A DNA stretch of 16,819 nt from a virus (taxonomy: Duplodnaviria > Heunggongvirae > Uroviricota > Caudoviricetes), in IMG/VR virus record IMGVR_UViG_2690316062_000004; one strand, 5' to 3'. The position numbers and the translations under genes are program-made. Below, in pieces: positions 7,820-15,925 of this stretch. The notes under the pieces are model-generated. The model saw only the letters and a list, made by a program, of their open reading frames with translations. It searched no databases and was not told the origin of the DNA. Every line of letters begins with the position of its first letter. Positions within the stretch are counted from its first letter, which is position 1.

Positions 7820-8049
7820 GTGTTCACCACTATTCACCGTGGATAAAATCGTCTATTTAACAGATAGTTAAGGGGTGAACACTTTTTATTGAAGTGTTCA
7901 CCAAGTATTCACCTGTTCACCTTTAAAGGGTTTTTCTTTTAAAAGGTGAAGGGTTAGGGTGAATACTAGTGAATACTTAAAATTATAGTCTTCACCCTGT
8001 AACCCAATGAATTTAAATAGGAAAAATGCAAAGGTGAACAGGTGAACAC
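7820..8049. repeat. Iteron cluster (TGTTCACC / TATTCACC / CTTCACC and complements), putative replication origin (ori/crr)
   Basis: At least eleven copies in both orientations, e.g. GTGTTCACC 7820..7828, TATTCACC 7831..7838, GGTGAACAC 7874..7882, GTGTTCACC 7895..7903, TGTTCACC 7914..7921, GGTGAATAC 7959..7967, GGTGAACAGGTGAACAC 8033..8049, with an AT-rich tract at 7921..7945. Confidence 0.65.
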
Positions 8050-8082
8050 TTAAACGTATATTTCTATTTTTTGAGGCTACAG

Positions 8083-8427
8083 ATGGAAATTTTAGGTAAT
8101 CATAAAGACAAGTTTCAGGGTATCCAATTTCTGCATAGTGCAATCGAAGAACTGAATGAGAAAACTGGAGTAACGCTGACAGACTATCTGGCTTTAAGGG
8201 CTTTTGTTCTGGCTGAGCGAAGGGAAAATCAGGATTACATTGACGCTATGGATGCACCATATGCTGACTTACCAGATGAACTGCGTTCTTACATTGAACT
8301 TCTCAATGATGTTGCTGCACAACTGTCCAATCCAGCACGTTCAAATGGAGATTTGAGGTCAATCATTTATGATGCGAGAATATCCAGCGGAAACGCTGTG
8401 TCTCACTGGCTTAATGTCGAAAGATAA
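8083..8427 (+). CDS. Hypothetical acidic protein (114 aa), first gene of the AT-rich cargo cassette
   Basis: ATG at 8083 with GAGG at 8074..8077 (the track's 8071 would be a TTG start). AT-rich; no motif recognised. Confidence 0.55.
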   Translation: MEILGNHKDKFQGIQFLHSAIEELNEKTGVTLTDYLALRAFVLAERRENQDYIDAMDAPYADLPDELRSYIELLNDVAAQLSNPARSNGDLRSIIYDARISSGNAVSHWLNVER

Positions 8428-8450
8428 TAAAGTCTACAGAGGAAGAGTTA

Positions 8451-9296
8451 ATGCGAACTAACGATAATTTACAGATGATCAATAAACATCTGGAAGGAGA
8501 GTTTGAACGGCAATTGTTTGACTCTGCGATCTACAATCTTTTAGATGTAAATAATCAACTTCGCTTCAGTAATTATGCCTATGCACTTAGAGAACTATTT
8601 TTACACGTCATAAAACGCATGGCACCTGATAAAAATGTTCAGTCATGTGATTGGTTCCCTGGCTTGAATGAAAGAGAGCAGGTCTCAAGAAAAGACTCTT
8701 ACAAATATATAATCCAGGGTGGGTTAAGTGATGAATATGTCAGGGAAGAGCTTGATGTAAATGTTGCTGGGGTTTTTCCGAGGTTACGTGACGCATTCAA
8801 TTCATTAAATAAATTTACTCACATCAGCGAAAATATTTTCCCAATTAATGATGATGCTGGCCTCCAAATGGTCGGAGAGGTTGAAGGCTGTATCAGCGCT
8901 CTTTTCACCAAGCTTGATGAGTGTCATAAGGAGATAATTAATAAGCTATATGAAGCCGTTAGTGAGGCCGCGATTCATAGTTCGATAACTGAAACTGTAA
9001 CATCAATTGATATTTTATCGACACACAGTTCGGTTGATGAAGTGTATGTTGATGATGTTAAAATAGTAGAAATAAATGATACTGAAATAGTTTTCTCTGT
9101 TATTGGTTCTGTAGGTGTCGGGTTGCAATGGGGATCTAATTCCGATTTGCGAAATGATATTGGTGCTGTAGGTAGTGAGACATTCCCATTTACCTGCGAG
9201 GTGAGAAGTCCAGTGTATGCCCCTGAAAGTTTAGAGTGTGATGAAGGGGCATTCCATGCAGATACTTCAAGCTGGTGGGAAGGGTATTACGACTAA
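8451..9296 (+). CDS. Hypothetical protein (281 aa), second gene of the AT-rich cargo cassette
   Basis: ATG 24 nt after the upstream stop; AT-rich; followed by an intrinsic terminator. Contains an R-x4-H stretch (RELFLH), which is only weak evidence for any fold. Confidence 0.6.
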   Translation: MRTNDNLQMINKHLEGEFERQLFDSAIYNLLDVNNQLRFSNYAYALRELFLHVIKRMAPDKNVQSCDWFPGLNEREQVSRKDSYKYIIQGGLSDEYVREELDVNVAGVFPRLRDAFNSLNKFTHISENIFPINDDAGLQMVGEVEGCISALFTKLDECHKEIINKLYEAVSEAAIHSSITETVTSIDILSTHSSVDEVYVDDVKIVEINDTEIVFSVIGSVGVGLQWGSNSDLRNDIGAVGSETFPFTCEVRSPVYAPESLECDEGAFHADTSSWWEGYYD

Positions 9297-9333
9297 CAAG
9301 TGTAAATTATTTGTCCTCGCGCTTATTAGTGCT

Positions 9334-9360
9334 TAGCCCGATTAAATTCGGGCTTTTCTT
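9334..9360 (+). terminator. Intrinsic terminator after the cargo cassette
   Basis: Stem AGCCCGA (9334..9340), loop TTAAAT, stem TCGGGCT (9347..9353), then TTTCTTT. Confidence 0.6.
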
Positions 9361-9528
9361 TATTATTTTCATGTATATGTTGAGAAGTGGCACTCAGACG
9401 TGAGCCGCCACTGGCCGTTAAGTCAAGCTGTAGCGAGTACAGCCTGCGAGAGGCAGAAAAAGATTTAACGGCCTCCCCCCTAAGCGCTGGTTTCACGTCT
9501 TAACATTAATTGTTACGGAAACCACTCC

Positions 9529-10695
9529 ATGAAGAAACTACTCGAATTACGCCAGCAGAAAGCCGCACTCAAAACACAGATGCGTTCCATGCTGGACAAA
9601 GCCGACACCGAAAAGCGCAGCCTGAACGAAGAAGAGGGCAAAAAGTTCGATGAACTCCGCGCCCAGGCTGATGCGCTTGAAGTTGAAATCACCCGTCTAG
9701 AAGCCGTCGCCGACGATCAGCGCAATCTGCCTGGTACTTCCGTTGAAGGTGAGCCAGTAAGCAACGACGAGCTGCGCCACTACATCATGACAGGTGATAC
9801 CCGTTCTCTCTCCACGCTGGTGCAGGCTGATGGCGGCTATACCGTTATCCCTGAGCTGGACAAAGAGATTATGCGCCAGTTGCAGGATGATAGCGTGATG
9901 CGCTCCATCGCAACGGTGAAGACCACCAAAACCAACGAATACCAGAAGCTGGTATCTGTGGGCGGCACTACCGTTAATCGTGGTACCGAAGGTGAGGCAC
10001 GTACCGAAACCAGTACGCCGAAGATGGAGCGCGTTGATATCAAACTCAACCCGATCTACGCCTACCCGAAAACCACTCAGGAGATTCTCGACTTCTCCGA
10101 GGTGGATATTTTGGGCTGGCTGTCTTCTGAAATTGCCGACACCTTCACCGCGACCGAAGAAAGCGACTTTGTGAACGGCGACGGTGATAAAAAATCCAAA
10201 GGCTTCCTGTCTTACCCTCGCGCGGCCACTGCCGACAAAACCCGTCCGTTCGGTACGCTGGAGAAGATGGAAGCGGCTGACGTTTCCTCTGATGGCCTGA
10301 TCGACCTGCTGTATAAGCTGAAAGCCAAATACCGCAAAAACGCCGTATGGGTGATGAACTCCAACACCGCAGCCAAACTGCAAAAGCTGAAAAACGGCAA
10401 CGGGGATTACATCTGGCGCGATCGTCTGGTTGCCGGTTCTCCCGATACGCTGCTGGGCCGTCCTGTTCAGTATCTGGAAACCATGCCGGATGCGGAGGCA
10501 GGTAAAGCATTCCTCGCGGTAGGCGACTTCAAGCGCGGCTATTTCATCGTGGATCACACCACTGGCGTGCGTACCCGCCCTGACAACATCACCGAGCCGG
10601 GTTTCTACAAGGTGCATACCGATAAATACCTGGGCGGTGGTGTGGTGGACTCCAACGCCATCAAGGTGCTTGAGCTTTCAGGCTCCGGTTCCTGA
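9529..10695 (+). CDS. Major capsid protein, HK97 fold, with N-terminal coiled-coil scaffold-like domain
   Basis: 388 aa. The N-terminal ~100 aa are highly charged and helical (delta-domain-like), followed by a capsid-type body. Its position directly before a prohead protease and portal supports the call. Confidence 0.85.
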   Translation: MKKLLELRQQKAALKTQMRSMLDKADTEKRSLNEEEGKKFDELRAQADALEVEITRLEAVADDQRNLPGTSVEGEPVSNDELRHYIMTGDTRSLSTLVQADGGYTVIPELDKEIMRQLQDDSVMRSIATVKTTKTNEYQKLVSVGGTTVNRGTEGEARTETSTPKMERVDIKLNPIYAYPKTTQEILDFSEVDILGWLSSEIADTFTATEESDFVNGDGDKKSKGFLSYPRAATADKTRPFGTLEKMEAADVSSDGLIDLLYKLKAKYRKNAVWVMNSNTAAKLQKLKNGNGDYIWRDRLVAGSPDTLLGRPVQYLETMPDAEAGKAFLAVGDFKRGYFIVDHTTGVRTRPDNITEPGFYKVHTDKYLGGGVVDSNAIKVLELSGSGS

Positions 10696-10705
10696 TTTGA
10701 CGTTT

Positions 10706-10726
10706 AAGGGGCTGCGGCCCCTTTTT
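10706..10726 (+). terminator. Intrinsic terminator/attenuator after the capsid gene
   Basis: GGGGC-TGCG-GCCCC hairpin (10708..10721) followed by TTTTT (10722..10726). Confidence 0.55.
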
Positions 10727-10746
10727 GCCCTCTGTGGAGTCCAGTA

Positions 10747-11307
10747 ATGAAAACAATCGATTTTGAAATCCGTACCTCCGAAGTGAGCGCCAGCAACAAA
10801 AAGCTGGTGGGCTATGCCGTGCGCTGGAACAGTCTCTCTGAAATTATCTGGGACGAGTTCCGCGAGCAGTTTGCGCCGGGAGCGTTTAAAGACAGCCTGG
10901 CATCCGGTAGCGATGTGCGTGCGCTGTACGAGCATAACTATACCCAGCTGCTGGGCCGCACTAAATCCGGCACGCTGGTGCTGTCAGAAGATGATACCGG
11001 GCTGCGCTTCGAGCTGACCCCGCCGAATACCCAGCTTGGCAACGATGTGCTGGAGCTGGTGGAGCGCGGGGATATCTCCGGCATGAGCTTTGGTTTCCGG
11101 GCGCTGAAAGAGGCGTGGGATATTGCTCAGTCTCCATACCTGCGCACTGTTACCGCTGCCGAACTGCGGGAGATTACCGTTACCTCTATGCCTGCTTATC
11201 CTGAGTCTGGCGTGGAAATCGCGCACCGTTCGCTTTTCTCCCAATATCCTGAACTGCGCCGGGCTGGTGATAACCGCCGCCGCTGGGCTGAATTAGCGGG
11301 GCTCTGA
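10747..11307 (+). CDS. Prohead serine protease, HK97 family
   Basis: 186 aa, with N-terminal GYAVRW and the SFGF segment typical of HK97-type prohead proteases. Confidence 0.8.
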   Translation: MKTIDFEIRTSEVSASNKKLVGYAVRWNSLSEIIWDEFREQFAPGAFKDSLASGSDVRALYEHNYTQLLGRTKSGTLVLSEDDTGLRFELTPPNTQLGNDVLELVERGDISGMSFGFRALKEAWDIAQSPYLRTVTAAELREITVTSMPAYPESGVEIAHRSLFSQYPELRRAGDNRRRWAELAGL

Positions 11308-11308
11308 T

Positions 11309-12544
11309 ATGTGGAATATCTGGCCGTTTGGCCGTAAGTCTGAACCCTCTGAGCAGCGCAGCATGACCATTGATGAGTTTCTGGCGATGGCAGGGATTCC
11401 AAATACCGGATCAGGCGAATATGTGTCTGCGGGTACTGCGGAATCTCTGCCGGCGGTCATGAACGCCGTGTCAGTTATCAGTGAGGCGGTGGCAACAATG
11501 CCCTGCTACCTCTACCGCGTGCGCAACGATAACGGGCGTGAGGCGCGAGAATGGCTGAGCAATCACCCGGTGGATTTTCTCCTGAACGAGCAGCCGAACG
11601 ACTGCCAGACGCCTTATCAGTTTAAACGCACGATGATGCGCCATTGTCTGCTGAACGGTAACGCCTATGCGGTGATCCAGTGGGGCCGCGACGGCCAGCC
11701 GCAATCCCTGCACCCGTATGCGCCGGGGGCGGTTGTTCCTGAGCGTATCGGCCAGCATAAGTACAAATACACCGTTACAGAGCCGTTTACCGGGGCTGTG
11801 CGCACCTATCTACAGGAAGAGATTCTGCACCTGCGTTACTCCACCGATGATGGCTTTCTGGGGCGTTCGCCTATTACTACGTGCCGTGAGGCGCTGGGGT
11901 TAGGTCTGGCCCAACAGCGCCACGGTGCCAGCATTATGAAAGATGGCATGATGGCGGCGGGCGTCGTCACTACTGCTGAATGGCTCGACAGCGTGAAGGG
12001 TAAGCAGGCTCTGGACGCACTGGAGCGCTACAAAGGTGCCAGAAATGCCGGGAAAACGCCGATCCTTGAAGGTGGCATGGACTACAAGCAGCTTGGCATG
12101 AGCAATCAGGATGCCGAATGGCTGGCGTCGCGCCGGTTCTCCATTGAAGACATTGCCCGCATGTTCAATGTGTCGCCCATCTTCCTGCAGGAATACAGCA
12201 ACAGCACCTACAGCAATTTCAGCGAAGCGAGCCGCGCCTTTCTCACCATGACCATGCGCCCGTGGCTGGCGAACTTCGAGCAACAAATCAAATCTGCTTT
12301 GCTGGTGGCCTCTCCGGTTCCAGGAACCCGCTATCAGGTGGAGTTTGACTCTGCTGACCTTCTCCGTGCCACACCTACCGAGCGTTACGCCACTTATGAG
12401 CGAGGCATTAAGAACGGGATCATGAACCCGAACGAAGCCCGTGAGCGCGAGGGGATGCCGCCGCGTAAAGGTGGTGACGAATTCAGCCAGGCATGGAAGC
12501 AGGAAGTGAAGATCAGCAAAGACGGCAAGGAAGGTGACGCATGA
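11309..12544 (+). CDS. Portal protein, HK97 family
   Basis: 411 aa; size, composition and position (between protease and adaptor) fit HK97-type portals; translationally coupled to its neighbours. Confidence 0.85.
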   Translation: MWNIWPFGRKSEPSEQRSMTIDEFLAMAGIPNTGSGEYVSAGTAESLPAVMNAVSVISEAVATMPCYLYRVRNDNGREAREWLSNHPVDFLLNEQPNDCQTPYQFKRTMMRHCLLNGNAYAVIQWGRDGQPQSLHPYAPGAVVPERIGQHKYKYTVTEPFTGAVRTYLQEEILHLRYSTDDGFLGRSPITTCREALGLGLAQQRHGASIMKDGMMAAGVVTTAEWLDSVKGKQALDALERYKGARNAGKTPILEGGMDYKQLGMSNQDAEWLASRRFSIEDIARMFNVSPIFLQEYSNSTYSNFSEASRAFLTMTMRPWLANFEQQIKSALLVASPVPGTRYQVEFDSADLLRATPTERYATYERGIKNGIMNPNEAREREGMPPRKGGDEFSQAWKQEVKISKDGKEGDA

Positions 12545-12879
12545 GAGCCGGGGGGCTGAGAAGCCGCGACACTATTCGGGTATTCACTACCCACAGGGAG
12601 CCGTCCGGTCAGGTTGTTCAGGTCTGGGAAGACGGGGAAACCATATGGGCTGAGGTTAAGGGGATCAGTGGCCGAGAGTTAATGGCGTCAGGTGCCGAGG
12701 TTGCCGAAGCGACGATCCGCGTTTGGGTGCGTTTCCGCCGTGATATTACCGCAGCCAACCGTCTGAAAGTGCTTACTGGCCCGTTTGCTGGCAGCACTCT
12801 CAATATTATCGGGCCTCCTATTCCTGATTCGGAAGGTACTCGGCTGGAAATTCTCTGCAAGACAGGAACGGAAAAATGA
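12541..12879 (+). CDS. Head closure / head-tail adaptor protein
   Basis: 112 aa; ATGA overlap with the portal stop; pattern resembles small head-tail joining proteins. Confidence 0.65.
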   Translation: MRAGGLRSRDTIRVFTTHREPSGQVVQVWEDGETIWAEVKGISGRELMASGAEVAEATIRVWVRFRRDITAANRLKVLTGPFAGSTLNIIGPPIPDSEGTRLEILCKTGTEK

Positions 12880-13169
12880 CAGCAGAAATCACCCTGGATG
12901 AAGCAAAGCTGCATTGCCGTATTGATGATGATTACGAAGATACGTTGATACAGGCGTACATCGATGCGGCGCTGGAGGTTTGCCAGAAGCATATCGGCAA
13001 GCGGTTTGATAACGGGCTGGAGTTTACGCCAGCTATCAAGATTGGCTGTCTGATGTACGTATCTCAGCTGTACGAGTACCGCACGATGATTGGTGATACC
13101 GACGCCAAAGAGATACCGATGGCTGTCTCTGCGTTGTGGTCTGTCTATCGTGATGTGGGGGTGTACTGA
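12876..13169 (+). CDS. gp6-like head-tail connector protein
   Basis: 97 aa; N-terminus ITLDEAKLHCRIDDDYEDTLIQAYIDAA matches the gp6-like connector signature. Confidence 0.7.
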   Translation: MTAEITLDEAKLHCRIDDDYEDTLIQAYIDAALEVCQKHIGKRFDNGLEFTPAIKIGCLMYVSQLYEYRTMIGDTDAKEIPMAVSALWSVYRDVGVY

Positions 13170-13612
13170 TGCCGTGGCAACCACTACGCCGGTGCAATGA
13201 GCCGGGATGTAATAAACGGGTGAAGTCTGGCAAGTGTGACGAGCATAAGCGGGATGCCCGCCGACAAAGCGACAGCCGAAGAGGTACGCGAACAGAGCGT
13301 GGTTACTCCAACCGCTGGGGCGAATACCGTCGTCATTTTCTAAAAGCTAATCCGCTGTGTGTCCATTGTCTCAAGGCTGGCGTCTATGCATCGGCAACTA
13401 TCGTCGATCACATCATCCCTATCGAGGGTGAAGCTGATGTGCTGTTCTGGCCCGCCAGTAATCACCAGTCGTTATGCGCTGCCTGTCATGGACGGAAGAC
13501 AACCACAACAGACCCGGTGACGAAGCAGCAGCGTAAAGCCGGTAAGTTCCGCGAGCAGGAAGAAGCAGCACGTCATCGCACCGACTGGATCTATGAGGCA
13601 AACAATGACTGA
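13169..13612 (+). CDS. HNH endonuclease (packaging-associated)
   Basis: 147 aa with Cys clusters (CNEPGC, CVHC, CAAC) and a histidine in the DHIIPI segment; TGATG overlap with the upstream gene; sits immediately before the terminase genes. Confidence 0.8.
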   Translation: MPWQPLRRCNEPGCNKRVKSGKCDEHKRDARRQSDSRRGTRTERGYSNRWGEYRRHFLKANPLCVHCLKAGVYASATIVDHIIPIEGEADVLFWPASNHQSLCAACHGRKTTTTDPVTKQQRKAGKFREQEEAARHRTDWIYEANND

Positions 13613-13887
13613 GCAGGAACAGCAGCGGCTGATTAGTGGGCTGATAAAGCAGCGTGAGTCATGGCAACCAGCCAGACAGAGAGCGCATAAGAAGCCCGTA
13701 GCAAAGCGCATGAGCCAGCGTGACCGGGAGCTTATGGAATGCTTTCGCAACCGCTGACAGGCCGAATGGACGGGGTGGGGGAGGTTTTCAGGACAAACCC
13801 CTCTCAGCGAGGAACCACCCGCCCCCTCAAATTTTTACGCACGGTGATTTTTTTGAAAATAAAACGCGACGGAAACGAGAAATTTTT

Positions 13888-14244
13888 ATGGCAAGACCAC
13901 CCAAACCGCCAGCTTACCTTGATGAGTTAGCTGCGCAGCAGTGGAAAGCGAAGGCGAAGCAACTGGCGGAGCGCGGGGATTTGACTCCCGCCGACTGGAA
14001 CAACCTTGAGCTTTTTTGCGTCAACTATTCGATGTACCGCAAAGCCGTGGAAGACCTTGCCAGCCGTGGGTTCAGCATTGTTAACAGCCAGGGCGGTGAG
14101 AGCCGAAATCCGGCGCTGAGCGCAAAGGCCGATGCTGAAAAAATCATGATTAAAATGTCGTCGCTGCTGGGCTTTGATCCGGTAAGCCGCCGCCGGAACC
14201 CGGTGGAAACGGAGGAGGAAGACGAGCTTGACCGTCTGGAATGA
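13888..14244 (+). CDS. Terminase small subunit (P27-like)
   Basis: ATG at 13888 gives the 118-aa protein MARPPKPPAYLDELAAQQW..., typical of small terminases; the GTG at 13720 in the ORF track would add a glycine-rich, non-protein-like leader. Confidence 0.7.
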   Translation: MARPPKPPAYLDELAAQQWKAKAKQLAERGDLTPADWNNLELFCVNYSMYRKAVEDLASRGFSIVNSQGGESRNPALSAKADAEKIMIKMSSLLGFDPVSRRRNPVETEEEDELDRLE

Positions 14245-15889
14245 GTACGCAAACGCGATAAAAACGGGCGAAATTCCGGCCTGTAAGCGCGTAAAACAGG
14301 CCGTGGAAAGGTACTTTTCAGACCTGAATGACCCCCGTTATGTGTTCGATACGGCGACCGTAGAGCGGTTTATTGCGTTCTCGCGGCTCTGTCCTCACGT
14401 CAAAGGCCCGTTGCGCGGGCAGTCTATCGAGCTGGAGCCGTGGCAGCAGTTCGCCTTTGCTAACCTGCTGGGCTTTAAAGTCAGGGAGTCAGGCCGCCGG
14501 AAGTATAGCAGCGCCTTTATTGAGGTGCCGCGCAAGAATGCCAAATCCACCGTGGCCGCCATGCTGGCTAACTGGTTTCTGGTGATGGAGAAGGGCCAGC
14601 AGGATATCTACACGGCGGCGGTAAGCCGGGATCAGGCCCGAATCGTGTTCGACGATGCCCGCCAGATGTGCCTGCTGTCAAAACCGCTGAAAAAGCGCGT
14701 CAGTATTCAGGCACACAAGGTCATTTTCCCGAAGAGCAACAGCCTGTTAAAGCCGCTGGCGGCAAAAGCGGCCACCATTGAAGGGACTAACCCCAGCCTG
14801 GCGATTGTCGATGAGTACCACCTTCACCCGGATAACGGCGTTTATTCCGCGCTTGAGCTGGGTATGGGCGCCCGTCCTGAGGCAATTTTGTTCGCCATCA
14901 CTACCGCCGGGAGTAACGTAGTCTCGGCCTGTAAGCAGCATTATGACTACTGCTGCCAGATTCTGGCAGGGGAAGAGAGCAACGATTCTCTGTTTGTCCT
15001 GATATACGAGCTGGACGACGAAATTGAGGTTGAGCAGCCGGAAATGTGGATTAAGGCCAACCCTAACCTGCATGTGTCTGTTGACGCAGCGAAGCTGGAA
15101 TCCACCATCCAGAAAGCGCGGGGGGTACCGTCGCAATGGGTGGAAATGCTCACCAAACGTTTCAATATCTGGTGTCAGGGCTCCACGCCGTGGATGGGGG
15201 CTGGCGCGTGGGATGCCTGTGCACTCGACTATAACGAAGAAGAGCTGGTCGGAATGGAGTGTTATGCCGGGTTTGACCTGTCCTCAACCAGCGATATCAC
15301 CAGCGTGAGTTACGCTTTCCCGTTTGACAGGGAGATCCGGCTTCTGACCCGCCACTATCTACCGGAAGCGCAACTGCTTAACGTCGCCAACAAAAACCGC
15401 GCCATCTATCGCCAGTGGGTAAAAACGGGCTGGATACGCACCACACCCGGCGACTGTATCGACTATGACCGCATTCGTGACGATATCCTGCGCGATGCTG
15501 AAACCTTCAATATTCGGCTGGTGGGCTTTGATACGTGGAACGCTACGCATCTGCGCACCCAGCTACAGGGTGCGGGCCTTGATGTTGAGCCATTCCCGCA
15601 AACCTATCTCAGGTTCAGTCCGGTAGCGAAATCCTTTGAAGTGTTTGTTAACCGCAGGGTAGTGCGCCATCGCGGTGATCCGGTTCTGGCCTGGGCGATT
15701 GGTAACGTGGTGATGGAGTCCGACGCCAATGCCAACATCAAGCCCAACAAAAAGAAATCCTCCAACAAGATAGATCCGGCTGTGTCTGCGTTAATGGCGT
15801 TTGGCACCTTCCAGGCTGAGCACGAGGATTTTGCATTTGATATGAGTGACAGTCACAAACAACGGCTAGCTGATTTCAATGGGCTTTGA
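14228..15889 (+). CDS. Terminase large subunit
   Basis: 553 aa with the overall layout of large terminases. No in-frame ATG near the 5' end, so a TTG start at 14228 overlapping the small subunit is assumed; the start is uncertain. Confidence 0.85.
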   Translation: MTVWNEYANAIKTGEIPACKRVKQAVERYFSDLNDPRYVFDTATVERFIAFSRLCPHVKGPLRGQSIELEPWQQFAFANLLGFKVRESGRRKYSSAFIEVPRKNAKSTVAAMLANWFLVMEKGQQDIYTAAVSRDQARIVFDDARQMCLLSKPLKKRVSIQAHKVIFPKSNSLLKPLAAKAATIEGTNPSLAIVDEYHLHPDNGVYSALELGMGARPEAILFAITTAGSNVVSACKQHYDYCCQILAGEESNDSLFVLIYELDDEIEVEQPEMWIKANPNLHVSVDAAKLESTIQKARGVPSQWVEMLTKRFNIWCQGSTPWMGAGAWDACALDYNEEELVGMECYAGFDLSSTSDITSVSYAFPFDREIRLLTRHYLPEAQLLNVANKNRAIYRQWVKTGWIRTTPGDCIDYDRIRDDILRDAETFNIRLVGFDTWNATHLRTQLQGAGLDVEPFPQTYLRFSPVAKSFEVFVNRRVVRHRGDPVLAWAIGNVVMESDANANIKPNKKKSSNKIDPAVSALMAFGTFQAEHEDFAFDMSDSHKQRLADFNGL

Positions 15890-15925
15890 TAGTGCTTGAA
15901 CTTTTCAAATTGTCACTGTAATTCT

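Noticed and set aside
9697-10617. 306-aa minus-strand ORF antisense to the capsid gene
   Set aside because: Fully contained within the confidently assigned capsid gene; a typical antisense open frame in GC-rich coding DNA with no start context.
11900-13184. Minus-strand ORFs (128 and 188 aa) antisense to the portal, adaptor and connector genes
   Set aside because: Same reasoning: shadow ORFs within a tightly coupled plus-strand operon.
13720-13887. GTG start at 13720 giving a 174-aa small terminase
   Set aside because: The added N-terminal 56 residues are glycine/arginine-rich and overlap the G/C-rich candidate cos region; the ATG at 13888 gives a typically sized and shaped small terminase.
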